DNA of 64,000 nt from an uncultured Bacilli bacterium (lineage in GTDB: Bacteria > Bacillota_I > Bacilli_A > RF39 > UBA660), in contig CAKOHH010000004.1 in assembly GCA_934085675.1 (NCBI GenBank), forward strand, positions 9,709 through 73,708, written 5' to 3'. Made by a program: the position numbers and the translations under genes. The notes beneath the pieces were generated by a model, which saw only the letters and a program-made list of their open reading frames with translations, was not told the DNA's origin and did no database searches. Below, in pieces: positions 9,778 through 20,144 of the stretch (position 1 is its first letter; each line of letters opens with the position of its first letter).

Positions 9778-10359
9778 TCATATTTTAAAAGATTTATCCG
9801 TTTCTTTTAAAGATTGGACAGCATGATCAATAGTTCCCGTAACTAAATGACTTACCTTTAAAACAATCATTTCCGGATTTTCATACATATCTTTATCAAT
9901 CCATTCAAAAACAATGGAAACAAACGCATATTTATAAAAGTTAGTAATAAATTTTTTATCTTCCTCACGCAAACCTTTACCTTTAGATTTCTTAGTAATT
10001 TCATCATAAATAATAGGATAAACCAAACGATAAAGATTAGTTCTTAGTACTTCTCTTGAAACGGAGTGGTAAATGTTTTCGACAAATATTTTTTCTTCTA
10101 ACATAATTTTAAAAACAATTAAAAATTTATCTTCCCATGTCTCATATTCTTCTTTTTTCTTTATAAGATGGTCGACATCATCAATACAAATCCATTCGGC
10201 CAAATCAGGAATATCTTGAAAATGATAATAAAAAGTTTGTCTGTTAATATTACATTGACAAGCAATATCATTCACAGTGATTTTATTAAATGGTTTTTCT
10301 TTTAGTAAATCTTTAAAAGTATACGCAATGGCTTTTTTAGTGGTTAAACTACTCATCAT
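9778..10359 (-). CDS. TetR/AcrR family transcriptional regulator
   Basis: 193 aa with an N-terminal TetR HTH (ITVNDIACQCNINRQTFYYHF). Confidence 0.7.
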   Translation of the reverse strand: MMSSLTTKKAIAYTFKDLLKEKPFNKITVNDIACQCNINRQTFYYHFQDIPDLAEWICIDDVDHLIKKKEEYETWEDKFLIVFKIMLEEKIFVENIYHSVSREVLRTNLYRLVYPIIYDEITKKSKGKGLREEDKKFITNFYKYAFVSIVFEWIDKDMYENPEMIVLKVSHLVTGTIDHAVQSLKETDKSFKI

Positions 10360-10427
10360 ATATCACCTCTTAAATATTATATCGAAAAAAAAGATGAAAT
10401 AAATCATTATTCCATTCTTTTTTGAAT

Positions 10428-12218
10428 TTATTTAAATAAACCACTTGCTTTTAATAAGATTTCTAAATCAGTACCTTTTATTTTCTTTTCAAGGACTTTG
10501 ATAAGTTGTCTTTCTGTAAAATTAAGAGGAAGTTCATCGACTGATTTTTTATCCACAGCATAATAACATGCTTTTAAAAGTTCACGAACATCATATTTAC
10601 TTCCCCATACTTCTGGAACTGCCCTATCCACTTTTAAAAGGGTATAAACGGCTTCCATACCTGTTCTAATAGAATACTCGGTTGTGAAAATAGTATCTCT
10701 AGGTGTTTCAGCAAATTGACCAATAAAAGCAAAGTTTACCGCACCATTTGGAACAACAAGAGGTCTATCTATTTCTTCTCTTGGTTCAAAAAAGGCATTA
10801 ATGTAAGGCATATAGCATGTTGTTGTATTACATTTATCTGCATACATTTCAATTTTTTTATCTTCTACACCAATATGATAAAGCCACTCTTCACATACTT
10901 CTTTACCTGTGCAATCTTGAATTGGCTTTTTAACGAAGTTACCATCTTTTGTCGTATTTAAAGCATATACCCAGACTAAAATACTGTCTTTATTTTGAGA
11001 TTTAAATTGTGGTTGACGGTTGATTGTCCATGATAAATACCAATTATCCATGCTGTCTTTTACGGTAACAATACCACCCGTGGTTACTTTACCATCTCTT
11101 GGATCACGCTTACAAATATTTATGATATGCTTAATAATTTTGTCATCACTCACTTCGATAGTTGCACTCATCCAGTTAGTTTCATCAACATGACTACAGA
11201 ATTTATCCGGATTACCAAATTCACCATTTAAAGCCTGTTTAGCAATATTTTTCCATAAATCCCAAGATTCTCCATAGCCATTTTTTATTTTAGATAAATC
11301 AGGAACATGCGTTTGATCTCCATAGCAAGAAGTATCCGTACAACAACCATTTGTAATGAAAACTAAATCATCTTCAATAAGATCAATTGTTTTTTCCTCT
11401 CCTTCTTTTTCATAAATAATTTGGGTAGCTACTTTTTTATCTTTCGTATTTTCAAAGATAACATTTTTAACATTCATGCCATATTCTATTTTTACCCCAT
11501 GACTTTCTAAATATTTTGTTAAAGGTAAAATCATCGATTCATATTGATTATATTTTGTAAAACGCAAGGCTGAAAAGTCTGGTAATCCATCAATGTGATG
11601 AACATAGCGGCATAAATATCTTTTCATTTCTAAGGCTGAAGACCATTTTTGAAAAGCAAACATGGTTTGCCAATAAAGCCAAAAATTTGTACTCCAGAAA
11701 GTATTTGGTAAAACATCAGATATTTTTTTATTTTCAAGGTCTTTTTCTGGGGTAATGAATAACTTGGATAAAGCCATAGCTGATTTTTTATCAAGTTTAA
11801 ATAGCTTATCGGTATGAGCATCCTCGCCACGATTTACGGTTGCTCTACAAAGTGAATAATTCGGGTCATGTTTATTTAACCAATAATATTCATCAAGAAC
11901 TGATACATCCGGAGTTTCAATTGATGGAACACTTCGAAACATATCCCACATGCATTCGAAATGATTATCCATTTCTCTTCCACCACGCATATAAAAGCCC
12001 TTGGTAGTATCTTTTCTACCATCACAAGAACCACCAGCCAAATCAAGTTTTTCTAATAAATGAATATGTTCTCCTTTCATTTGACCATCTCTTAGTAGGT
12101 AAAAAGCTGCGGATAACCCCGCTAAACCTGTACCTATAATATAAGCTGATTTTTTATCAACTCCTTCTGGTTTTTCGGGACGTGCAAACGCTTCATATGT
12201 TCCCGCTGCATAATACAT
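10428..12218 (-). CDS. oleate hydratase (MCRA, myosin-cross-reactive antigen family), FAD-dependent
   Basis: 596 aa with an N-terminal FAD motif IIGTGLAGLSAAFYL and high overall similarity to the MCRA family. Confidence 0.8.
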   Translation of the reverse strand: MYYAAGTYEAFARPEKPEGVDKKSAYIIGTGLAGLSAAFYLLRDGQMKGEHIHLLEKLDLAGGSCDGRKDTTKGFYMRGGREMDNHFECMWDMFRSVPSIETPDVSVLDEYYWLNKHDPNYSLCRATVNRGEDAHTDKLFKLDKKSAMALSKLFITPEKDLENKKISDVLPNTFWSTNFWLYWQTMFAFQKWSSALEMKRYLCRYVHHIDGLPDFSALRFTKYNQYESMILPLTKYLESHGVKIEYGMNVKNVIFENTKDKKVATQIIYEKEGEEKTIDLIEDDLVFITNGCCTDTSCYGDQTHVPDLSKIKNGYGESWDLWKNIAKQALNGEFGNPDKFCSHVDETNWMSATIEVSDDKIIKHIINICKRDPRDGKVTTGGIVTVKDSMDNWYLSWTINRQPQFKSQNKDSILVWVYALNTTKDGNFVKKPIQDCTGKEVCEEWLYHIGVEDKKIEMYADKCNTTTCYMPYINAFFEPREEIDRPLVVPNGAVNFAFIGQFAETPRDTIFTTEYSIRTGMEAVYTLLKVDRAVPEVWGSKYDVRELLKACYYAVDKKSVDELPLNFTERQLIKVLEKKIKGTDLEILLKASGLFK

Positions 12219-12509
12219 ATTTTATTCCTCCTCGTATAATAGTTTTTGTAAGTGATTTATCATTGATATTTTGCTTACAAAAACTATTCTTTCTTTTATA
12301 ATTAACAATTACATTGTAATATTGTTAAATAACTTCTTCAATCATCAATTTTTAAAGAATGCAATAAATTATATATACTTTAATTAAATTGCAGTAATAA
12401 TCATCCAACTATAATAAATTGTTCAAATATTAGACAAATATACTTTTTTGTATAAAAAAAGAACCATAGTGATTCATATCTTTTTCAATACTTTCATTTT
12501 CTAAAGCCT

Positions 12510-13012
12510 TTAATTTTGCTTTTTTTCAAATAAGTATAATGCTCTTAGAGAATTAAATTCTTTCATATTTCTGTCACATCTCATGACATCTTGTTTAATA
12601 TATGTTGGTCTTTCTACCTCTTCTATTTTATCACCATTTGCTTTTTGTTCGGGCACATTTACATCTAATAATATTTCAAACCATGCAGCCACGATATGCC
12701 TATGACAAATTTATCATTCGATTCATAACATAATAATATTGAGTTATCTAATTTTTGATAAACTTCTTCTGGATTCAATTTTTGTAATACTTGGTTTCAA
12801 TATTTTTGAACATAATACCTATTGTTTTCTTCCTCAGAAACTTTTCCAATATTATCGTGCCATTGTTTCCAAAATGAAAATTTTGGAGCCAACTCAGGAT
12901 AACATCTTCCTTGATAATTAGTGCCTTTTCCCCGGTCACCAGAAATGGAATATGTAATATATTTGTCTATTTTCCAATCATTATAACTACTGGTGCTAAT
13001 CATGCGTTCCAC
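12510..13012 (-). pseudogene. DUF488 (YeaO-like) gene disrupted by an in-frame TGA and a frameshift
   Basis: Three frames joined read ...YPELAPKFSFWKQWH...YVQKY(TGA)NQVLQKL...ILLCYESNDKF/CHRHIVAAWFEILL, matching DUF488 motifs (ELAPS..L..W, LLC.E....CHR). Confidence 0.35.
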
Positions 13013-13264
13013 CCTTTCTTTTTAATCTTTTACTAAAAAGAATACATTCATAAATCGTTATTTTTAATGTTGTATTACAGTTTATTTAACCATAAAAAAA
13101 ACTACCATGTGAGTAATTTTTATGTTATTTCGAAAAGTTCGAGTATTTAAACAATCTGGTGCGATAGTTAAGATAGTCCGAAACCATCACAACAAATAAA
13201 TAAACAATTTAATTCTATAACCATTATACCATGCCTTTTATTAATTCTATAAATTATTTTTATA

Positions 13265-13305
13265 AAAATGAAAAAGACCTAGAGCTTCTAAAGTTTTCTA
13301 GGCAC
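13265..13305 (-). terminator. terminator hairpin module, copy 1 of a repeated 41-bp element
   Basis: Minus sense gtgcctagaaaactttagaagctctaggtc followed by a T run, directly downstream of 13339..14226; ~88% identical to 14240..14280. Confidence 0.55.
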
Positions 13306-13338
13306 TTTTCAATATTATTATATGTTATAAATTAATAT

Positions 13339-14226
13339 TTATACAATATAAAAGTCTTTATCAAATCCCATTACTTTTAATACTTCATCAATAGTAATTG
13401 AAGTTAAATTATCTTTTAATGTATATAATTCTTTTGTAATTAAACTACTCATTTCTATTGCTTGATTATTTTCTAATAATAGTTCTAACGATTTAATTAT
13501 TATATACATATTTGTGTGTAATGCTTTTTCAGGTGACTTTTTAGCTTTATCTAATCTAATATAGAAAGCACTTCTATAAGTATATAATCTATCATCATGA
13601 GCTGCTATATTACGAACTGAAGTTAAATTACCAAGAATATTTTTTAATATTCTATCATTTACATGAAATTGTTTACTGATTTCTTGTCTATCTTGTTGTT
13701 TCATTAAGCCATAAAACTTACTAATAGTTCCAAGAGATAAGATTTTAGTAACAACCCATGGTGGAACAAAACCATACTTACTCATATAATGAGTTATTGC
13801 ATCATGTTTGCCATTTCCTTTATCAATTTCATTTTTAATTTCTTCAATTAGTTTTTCTATGTGTTCTAAGTTAGAATTATCATCTTTTAAATCAAAGTTA
13901 TTAGTATTTAAATAATCTTCTAACCCATATTTTTCAGCAAATAGATTAGCAATCTTAGTTTTTATTACAGCCTCTATTTCAAGAATATATTTAAGCATTA
14001 TTATTTTTAAATTCTTATCAAATTTATACATTGCAAATATTTCTTCAAATGAAGCATTATCTTTATAGTTTTCTCCTATTTTAAATATCCATTTATAGGA
14101 GTTTACTATTGAATAATAAGAATACTTTTCAATTAAATATCTAACATTATTTTCTTCTTTTATTGATACACCTTTTGAATTTAATATTTCTATTAATTCA
14201 GTTGTTGATTTAAATTCCTTAGCCAT
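13339..14226 (-). CDS. Abi_2 family abortive-infection protein (AbiD/AbiF-like, HEPN-type)
   Basis: 295 aa with MYKFDKNLKIIMLKYILEIEAVIKTKIA and the VRNIAAHDDRLY (R-x4-H HEPN) motif characteristic of Pfam Abi_2. Confidence 0.7.
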   Translation of the reverse strand: MAKEFKSTTELIEILNSKGVSIKEENNVRYLIEKYSYYSIVNSYKWIFKIGENYKDNASFEEIFAMYKFDKNLKIIMLKYILEIEAVIKTKIANLFAEKYGLEDYLNTNNFDLKDDNSNLEHIEKLIEEIKNEIDKGNGKHDAITHYMSKYGFVPPWVVTKILSLGTISKFYGLMKQQDRQEISKQFHVNDRILKNILGNLTSVRNIAAHDDRLYTYRSAFYIRLDKAKKSPEKALHTNMYIIIKSLELLLENNQAIEMSSLITKELYTLKDNLTSITIDEVLKVMGFDKDFYIV

Positions 14227-14239
14227 TTTTACCTCCTAT

Positions 14240-14280
14240 AAAATGAAAAAGACCTAGGGCTTCAAAAGTTTCCTAGGCAC
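14240..14280 (-). terminator. terminator hairpin module, copy 2 of the repeated 41-bp element
   Basis: aaaatgaaaaagacctagggcttcaaaagtttcctaggcac, nearly identical to copy 1 and directly downstream of 14336..15400. Confidence 0.55.
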
Positions 14281-14335
14281 ATCTCGATAAATAATATACA
14301 CTTTTTATCGATAAAATGCAATACTTTTGAAAAAA

Positions 14336-15400
14336 TTATTGAATTTTATTTTTTAGAGATTCTATAATTTTTATAACATCATCAACAGAAAATCCTTTTT
14401 TATCATCATATTTATTTGTATATGTATTTTGAACTTGACCAAACATTTTTATAGATAAAGTTTTCTTTATTTCTTCTCTATTTTCTGGTTCCATATTTTC
14501 TAAATAAACATCAATTGAAGCAAGTTCCAGTTCCTGTTTTCTATAATATACTTCATCTTTTCTAGAATTTGAAGCTTGTTTTGCTGTATATGTAGCAGCA
14601 CCCATTAAAATAGCACTTACTATATATTTAAATATAGTAAATTTATTATAATCTTTTGAAGTTATAGTCACATAAAGCATTAATCCAAATGCTATTAAAA
14701 ATAATATAATAGTTATCACTTGCCATACTATTCTTTCATTATGCGACATATCTGCATTTTTCTTATATTCACTAATTCTAGCTTTTTCCTCAACAATTCC
14801 TATTAATTTTGAAATTTTTTTATCTTTTTCAGCAATAATTCTTAGCAATTCTTCAAATTTGCTTTTATATTCTTCAGATAACGTATTAAAATTATCCATT
14901 AATTCTTTTTTGCTATTATCTTTTAATTCATCTATACTATTTTTTTCAGTGGTAATTATTTCATCTATATTTCTCTTTGATTCATCGATAAATTTATCTA
15001 CATTATGTTTTAAATCAATTTGATTATTATTAAGACTATCAAGCTTATCATTTACTTCTTTTATTTTATTATTTAATTCTGTATTTTCTTTCTCTATATT
15101 ATCCTTTTGTTGCTTTATATAGCCTAATATATCACTAACTTCATTTTCAAGATTACTACTTTGTTTTGTTATTTCATATTTATAATTTCTAATATAGTTT
15201 TTTATGTTAGATTTATTATTTAATATCATATTAAAATCAATATATTTTAATAAACTTTTAATTATTGAATCACTGGTAGTCAACATATTTGATATATAAT
15301 CGCTATTACCTTGCAAAAAGTCATTACAGTAACTGTTAAAATTATTATAGTCATTGCTTATATCATCAGATATTAATTCTTCATCTATATTTTCAACCAT
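14336..15400 (-). CDS. coiled-coil protein with C-terminal transmembrane segments
   Basis: 354 aa: a long Asn/Lys/Glu-rich coiled-coil region followed by two predicted TM helices (IVWQVITIILFLIAFGLMLYV, IVSAILMGAATYTA). Confidence 0.5.
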   Translation of the reverse strand: MVENIDEELISDDISNDYNNFNSYCNDFLQGNSDYISNMLTTSDSIIKSLLKYIDFNMILNNKSNIKNYIRNYKYEITKQSSNLENEVSDILGYIKQQKDNIEKENTELNNKIKEVNDKLDSLNNNQIDLKHNVDKFIDESKRNIDEIITTEKNSIDELKDNSKKELMDNFNTLSEEYKSKFEELLRIIAEKDKKISKLIGIVEEKARISEYKKNADMSHNERIVWQVITIILFLIAFGLMLYVTITSKDYNKFTIFKYIVSAILMGAATYTAKQASNSRKDEVYYRKQELELASIDVYLENMEPENREEIKKTLSIKMFGQVQNTYTNKYDDKKGFSVDDVIKIIESLKNKIQ

Positions 15401-15615
15401 AGTATCAATAGTTTTTAATTTAAATAATAGTTTATTAACTTTTTTAAATTCAATACTATCTAAATCATTTACCTTAAATATTCCTCAATTTCATAAATAT
15501 TTTCTTTAAAGTCATATTTCACTTTTGTTTCAATCATAATACTGCCTCCTAGTTACTAAAAAAAGAGCATAGTATTCCTTATCGTATTAATAAGTCTCTA
15601 CTAGCCCTTGTCTAA

Positions 15616-16104
15616 TTATTTATTTTTTCTCTTAAGTAATTTTTTTATACTTTTTTCTTGAGCATAGCCTTCTGGTAATTTCATTGGAATATGTCCTTGT
15701 TTAAACCAAAGAACATCTCTTAAAGAATAAAACTTAAATTCTAATAAATCACATTTTGTAACTATGTCAGCATGATTTTTTCTTTCTTCTTCTGTCATTG
15801 AATTAAATGTAGTAGCAATTTTATCTCGTTCTTCTCCGATACTTTCTGCTAATTTAATTATTTCATCTTCACTTAAATCTTTAACTTCATCATAATCAAT
15901 CATCCAATCTAAGTCTTTAAAGTATTCTATTTCTGATTCTTTATCGAACTTAACAAAATCATATCTATTACTATCATTAATTATAGTAACACCATTACCA
16001 AAAACTTTCATAAATATAGAAGCAGGTATTGGTAAATCAGATGAATTTAAATATGAAATATCATTTTTTTGAACATATGCCGAATCATTAGTAATTATTT
16101 TCAC
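15616..16104 (-). CDS. hypothetical protein
   Basis: 162 aa acidic ORF in the accessory islet; no motif recognised. Confidence 0.4.
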   Translation of the reverse strand: MKIITNDSAYVQKNDISYLNSSDLPIPASIFMKVFGNGVTIINDSNRYDFVKFDKESEIEYFKDLDWMIDYDEVKDLSEDEIIKLAESIGEERDKIATTFNSMTEEERKNHADIVTKCDLLEFKFYSLRDVLWFKQGHIPMKLPEGYAQEKSIKKLLKRKNK

Positions 16105-16351
16105 GTAAAACCCTCCTTTGTCTAGTTATTTATTATAACATAACTATTATAAAATTAATCTTTTTTACAATCATTTTACATTATAATTCAAAATCATCAT
16201 CACGATCATTGTGTTTTTCATAGTAATCATTATGAATTATTTTAATATCTTTATCATCTAATATATCTTTATAGTATAATTCATCAATCATTTCATGAGT
16301 TTTTTTATCATTACTGAAAAATTTATTTTGTAAATACATTAAGAATTTTCT

Positions 16352-16663
16352 CTATATTTGTTTAAATGTATCTACTATTTCTTGAAGTTTATCAACTTTA
16401 TCTTCAAGTTCTGATAATTTAATCTTCTTACCTAGGTTATTAGCATATATATCACTTGAATAATTAAAAGCTAGAAAGGTTATATCATTAATTATTATTC
16501 TATGTGGTTCCAGATATGTAAGTTTAGTTTTATCTATTGTTCTTAAATTACCATTAATAATAATTGGTTTAACTCTACAAAACTCACAAATAAATTCTAA
16601 TCTCTTTCTTAATGATTCTTCCATTCTAACTTCTTGCTTGATAACATTTACCATTTTAATCAA
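16352..16663 (-). CDS. hypothetical protein
   Basis: 103 aa ORF adjacent to tRNA-Thr with a C-terminal coiled-coil. Confidence 0.4.
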   Translation of the reverse strand: MIKMVNVIKQEVRMEESLRKRLEFICEFCRVKPIIINGNLRTIDKTKLTYLEPHRIIINDITFLAFNYSSDIYANNLGKKIKLSELEDKVDKLQEIVDTFKQI

Positions 16664-16772
16664 TCCTTTCTTTGAAAGACTTTTTTCTAAACAAGAAAAA
16701 AATCAATCCTAATTTAGAATTGATTGTCTATTTATTCTCGAAACTATAAAAAGGTTCGAGCGGATTTCACTA

Positions 16773-16846
16773 TGGTGCCGATTGGCAGAATTGAACTGTC
16801 CTCTGATGCTTACCATGCATCTGTACTACCACTGTACTAAATCGGC
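16773..16846 (-). tRNA. tRNA-Thr, anticodon GGU
   Basis: The reverse complement GCCGATTTAGTACAGTGGTAGTACAGATGCATGGTAAGCATCAGAGGACAGTTCAATTCTGCCAATCGGCACCA has a 7-bp acceptor stem, a GTAC/GTAC D-stem and a GATGC/GCATC anticodon stem with loop AUGGUAA. The T-stem carries one A-C mismatch. CCA is encoded. Confidence 0.65.
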
Positions 16847-16908
16847 ATACATTAATCTTATCATAAAATAAGACTAATGCAAGATAAAATGAATTTATAA
16901 CTTAAAAT

Positions 16909-17526
16909 TTATTTTAAACCTTGAACTTTATTAGAAAGATTAACAAAATCATCGTTACCTTCATAATATCTACGGTCAAATAAAATCCAACCATCAGAGG
17001 CATTTTCAACCTGAGGTTTAATTGAATTTTTAATATCTTCAGGATAATATTCAATATCCTTTAAGGCATTTTCTAAAGTAAAATATCCATCCATTTCATA
17101 TTTTTTAGCTTGGATATCAGACTCTAATTTGCTGACGTATAAAACGAATTTGGCATCTTTTGTTTTCTCAGCAACTGCTTCATCATATAAGTTCAAAAGT
17201 TCATCACGCATTTGTAATGGCTCAAGCATAGATATGATATTTTCTCTATCTGCTTCTTTCTTTTCCTCTTTAGATAAAACACTATGTTCAGAAGTTTTTG
17301 CTTTTACAAGTTCTTTTACAAATAACATTTTAAAAATTTTAGCAAAATCAATGTCGTTATAACCTTTTAGTTCACTTATAATACCAATTACTAATGTCAT
17401 AGTACCATAAATATGATCAGCAACAGATTCAATCTTATCGGCTGGAATACCAACCTCTTTCCAACCTGTACGAATTACATCCTTTAATTTGTTAGCTTCT
17501 AAATAAAAATTTATTACATTTTCCAT
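16909..17526 (-). CDS. HD-domain hydrolase (YfbR-like 5'-deoxynucleotidase family)
   Basis: 205 aa; N-terminal ...RTGWKEVGIPADKIESVADHIYGT... matches the HD superfamily/YfbR pattern. Confidence 0.55.
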   Translation of the reverse strand: MENVINFYLEANKLKDVIRTGWKEVGIPADKIESVADHIYGTMTLVIGIISELKGYNDIDFAKIFKMLFVKELVKAKTSEHSVLSKEEKKEADRENIISMLEPLQMRDELLNLYDEAVAEKTKDAKFVLYVSKLESDIQAKKYEMDGYFTLENALKDIEYYPEDIKNSIKPQVENASDGWILFDRRYYEGNDDFVNLSNKVQGLK

Positions 17527-17615
17527 ATTTTTAATGTCTCCTTTCGGTTATATTATATCATTCTGAAATAACTTTGCAATAAATTTTACAATCAAACTTA
17601 TTTAGCCAAAATCGA

Positions 17616-19577
17616 CTATGTCAACAAGAAATGAAGAATGAATGTTAAAAATAAACCGGTCACTGTTGGAATTAAAAAGGCCAAAAAGGTATAACTCCAA
17701 CTTTTACTTTCTTTTTTTATTGATAAAAGAGTTGTTGTACATGGATAATGACAAAGGGATATGATTAAAAAGCATATGGCTGTTATGTATGTCCAACCAT
17801 TATTTACTAAAATATGCCTTAAACTTTCCATTGATGTATAAGAAACTAAGGCGTTACTTTTGGTATAACAAAGTAAAAGTGATGGGATAACTATTTCATT
17901 TGCAGGCATTCCTAAGATAAAAGCTAAAATAATAGCCCCATCAAGGCCAAACAAATGGCCAAAATTATTTAACTTAGTAACTAATAATAAAAGAAAAGTA
18001 CTATTTCCTAATTGCCAAGAAGCTAAAAGATAAATTAAAATTCCTAAAGGAAAGGAAACTAACATGGCTCTTTTTAAAACGGGAAAAGCTTTTTCTTTTA
18101 AGGCTTGTGAAAAAGTTTTCCAGATAGATGGTCTTCTAAAAGTTGGTAATTCTAAAATAAACATAACTTCTTCTTTTTTAAAGATAAAATGATTCAAAAT
18201 TTTTGTCCAAAGAAAAGTTAAAATGATACCCAAAGTGATAATTAGTAATAATCCTAATGCAACTAAAAGACTACTAAATAAGGAATTATCTGTCACAAAA
18301 AATAAGCTTATCATTGTTATCATGGCTGGAAAACGACCATTGCAAGGCATAAAATTATTAGTTAACATGGCTAAAAGTCGCATTTTTTTATCTTCCATAA
18401 TCCTTGAGTTTGTCACACCAATCGCGTTACAACCAAGACCCATACACATTGTTAAACTTTGTTTGCCACAAGATCCACATTTTTTAAATGGTTTATCCAT
18501 ATTAAAAGCAATTCTTGGAAATAAACCGTAATCTTCTAAATATGAAAAAAGAGGAAAGAAAATAATTAGTGGAGGCATCATAACTGATACTACCCAATAA
18601 AAGGTCCGATATCCACCTAAAATGAGAGGATGTAAAATAAAATCAGGTAAAAAAGAAAAGAACATTAATAAATATTTTTCACCACTTGCGAAAAAAGAAA
18701 ACATAAAGTCTGATGGGATATTTGACGCAAAAATCGTTAACCAAAGAATAACTAAAAAAATAATACTGGTGACAACAAAAGAAGAAATTTTATGACTAAG
18801 AATTTTATTCCAAAAAATATCTTCTTTTTTTAAAGTTTGCTTTTTTCTTTCAACAATATTTTCTAGTAATTTATCCGCACAATGAATATAACTTTTTAAT
18901 AGTTCTTCCCGACTTATATAGTTTTTATAAAAACGTAACACTTTTTGTAAACTTTCATTTTTACAAGGTTTTTCTTGATATAAATAAGAAACAGGTTTAT
19001 CAACGTAGGAATTGGTAAGCTTTAAATAATTAGCAATTTTACCTTCATGTTTTACTTTAAAAATATTAGGATTTACTTTAAAATGGTTCATTTCATCACA
19101 TAATCTAGCACACCCAGTTCCATCGCTTGCTTTTGTAATAATAATAGGAACATTTAACCTTTGTTGCAATTTAATGACATCAATATTTATCTTTTGAGAT
19201 GTTGCTTCATCCATTAAATTTAAACAGATAATTACCTTGTCAGTAACATCTAAAACTTCTAAAAGTAAAACTATACTTCTTTCTATATTCGAGGCATCTA
19301 AAACAACCACGGCTAAATCATAATCTAAAGAACAAACAAAAGATGAGGCAATTTTTTCTTCTTTACTTTCACCTATCAAAGAATAGGTTCCTGGTAAATC
19401 AACAACTTCCCAAAGTGTATCTTTATAGCTAAATGTAGCATAAGCATTTTTGACTGTTTTACCTGTCCAATTACCTGTATGTTCATTTTTATGAGTTAAA
19501 AAATTAAATAACGAGGATTTACCAACATTAGGATTACCAACAAAACATGCTCTTTTCTTTTTCATATTATCACCCAT
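17616..19577 (-). CDS. feoB: ferrous iron transporter FeoB
   Basis: 653 aa with an N-terminal G-domain (GNPNVGKSSLFN, DLPG) followed by a polytopic membrane domain. Confidence 0.85.
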   Translation of the reverse strand: MGDNMKKKRACFVGNPNVGKSSLFNFLTHKNEHTGNWTGKTVKNAYATFSYKDTLWEVVDLPGTYSLIGESKEEKIASSFVCSLDYDLAVVVLDASNIERSIVLLLEVLDVTDKVIICLNLMDEATSQKINIDVIKLQQRLNVPIIITKASDGTGCARLCDEMNHFKVNPNIFKVKHEGKIANYLKLTNSYVDKPVSYLYQEKPCKNESLQKVLRFYKNYISREELLKSYIHCADKLLENIVERKKQTLKKEDIFWNKILSHKISSFVVTSIIFLVILWLTIFASNIPSDFMFSFFASGEKYLLMFFSFLPDFILHPLILGGYRTFYWVVSVMMPPLIIFFPLFSYLEDYGLFPRIAFNMDKPFKKCGSCGKQSLTMCMGLGCNAIGVTNSRIMEDKKMRLLAMLTNNFMPCNGRFPAMITMISLFFVTDNSLFSSLLVALGLLLIITLGIILTFLWTKILNHFIFKKEEVMFILELPTFRRPSIWKTFSQALKEKAFPVLKRAMLVSFPLGILIYLLASWQLGNSTFLLLLVTKLNNFGHLFGLDGAIILAFILGMPANEIVIPSLLLCYTKSNALVSYTSMESLRHILVNNGWTYITAICFLIISLCHYPCTTTLLSIKKESKSWSYTFLAFLIPTVTGLFLTFILHFLLT

Positions 19578-19843
19578 ATTAAAGAGGCATCTTCATCACG
19601 AAGTGTAAATATCGTACTTGCTGTTTTATAAGCCCTTGCGCCTTTTAAAGGACTTTCTAACATACCAGTTATTGTTTTACCTTCTAAAACACCAAAATGC
19701 AATAATTTAAAGCGTTTTTTTTCTGGTAAGAAAATACTTTTAATTATAACAGGTTCATTTAAAGGAATATCTGTTAATTTTTTTAGCATACTATCACATC
19801 CTATTAATAAGTTATGCCATTCTAAAATATTTGTCCTATGCAT
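19562..19843 (-). CDS. feoA: FeoA family protein
   Basis: 93 aa SH3-like FeoA domain overlapping the feoB start. Confidence 0.6.
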   Translation of the reverse strand: MHRTNILEWHNLLIGCDSMLKKLTDIPLNEPVIIKSIFLPEKKRFKLLHFGVLEGKTITGMLESPLKGARAYKTASTIFTLRDEDASLIWVII

Positions 19844-19868
19844 ATCTTTTTAAAAAGGGGGCTTTTTT

Positions 19869-20144
19869 ATGTTTCCTTTTAATATCGACCCACAGCTTTA
19901 TGCTTTATCAGCCACTTTGGTTGGTGCCGCAATTGCCCCATCAATGAATTCCTTAGAAAGCGTAAGCATTGGTAACTGGCTTGTTTTACTAGGAGATTAT
20001 TTAATTGCCTACTCAGGCCAACTTGCCCTTATAAATAATAAACAAAATAATCAGAATCAAAATATTGATATTAATACTATTTTGAATACTTTAGAAAAAA
20101 TAGAATGTGAACTGGAAAAGTTAAAAAAAGAAGGCAAAATTTAA
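19869..20144 (+). CDS. small hypothetical protein
   Basis: 91 aa ORF that exactly fills the gap between feoA and dnaI; hydrophobic N-terminal half and Asn/Gln-rich linker. Confidence 0.35.
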   Translation: MFPFNIDPQLYALSATLVGAAIAPSMNSLESVSIGNWLVLLGDYLIAYSGQLALINNKQNNQNQNIDINTILNTLEKIECELEKLKKEGKI

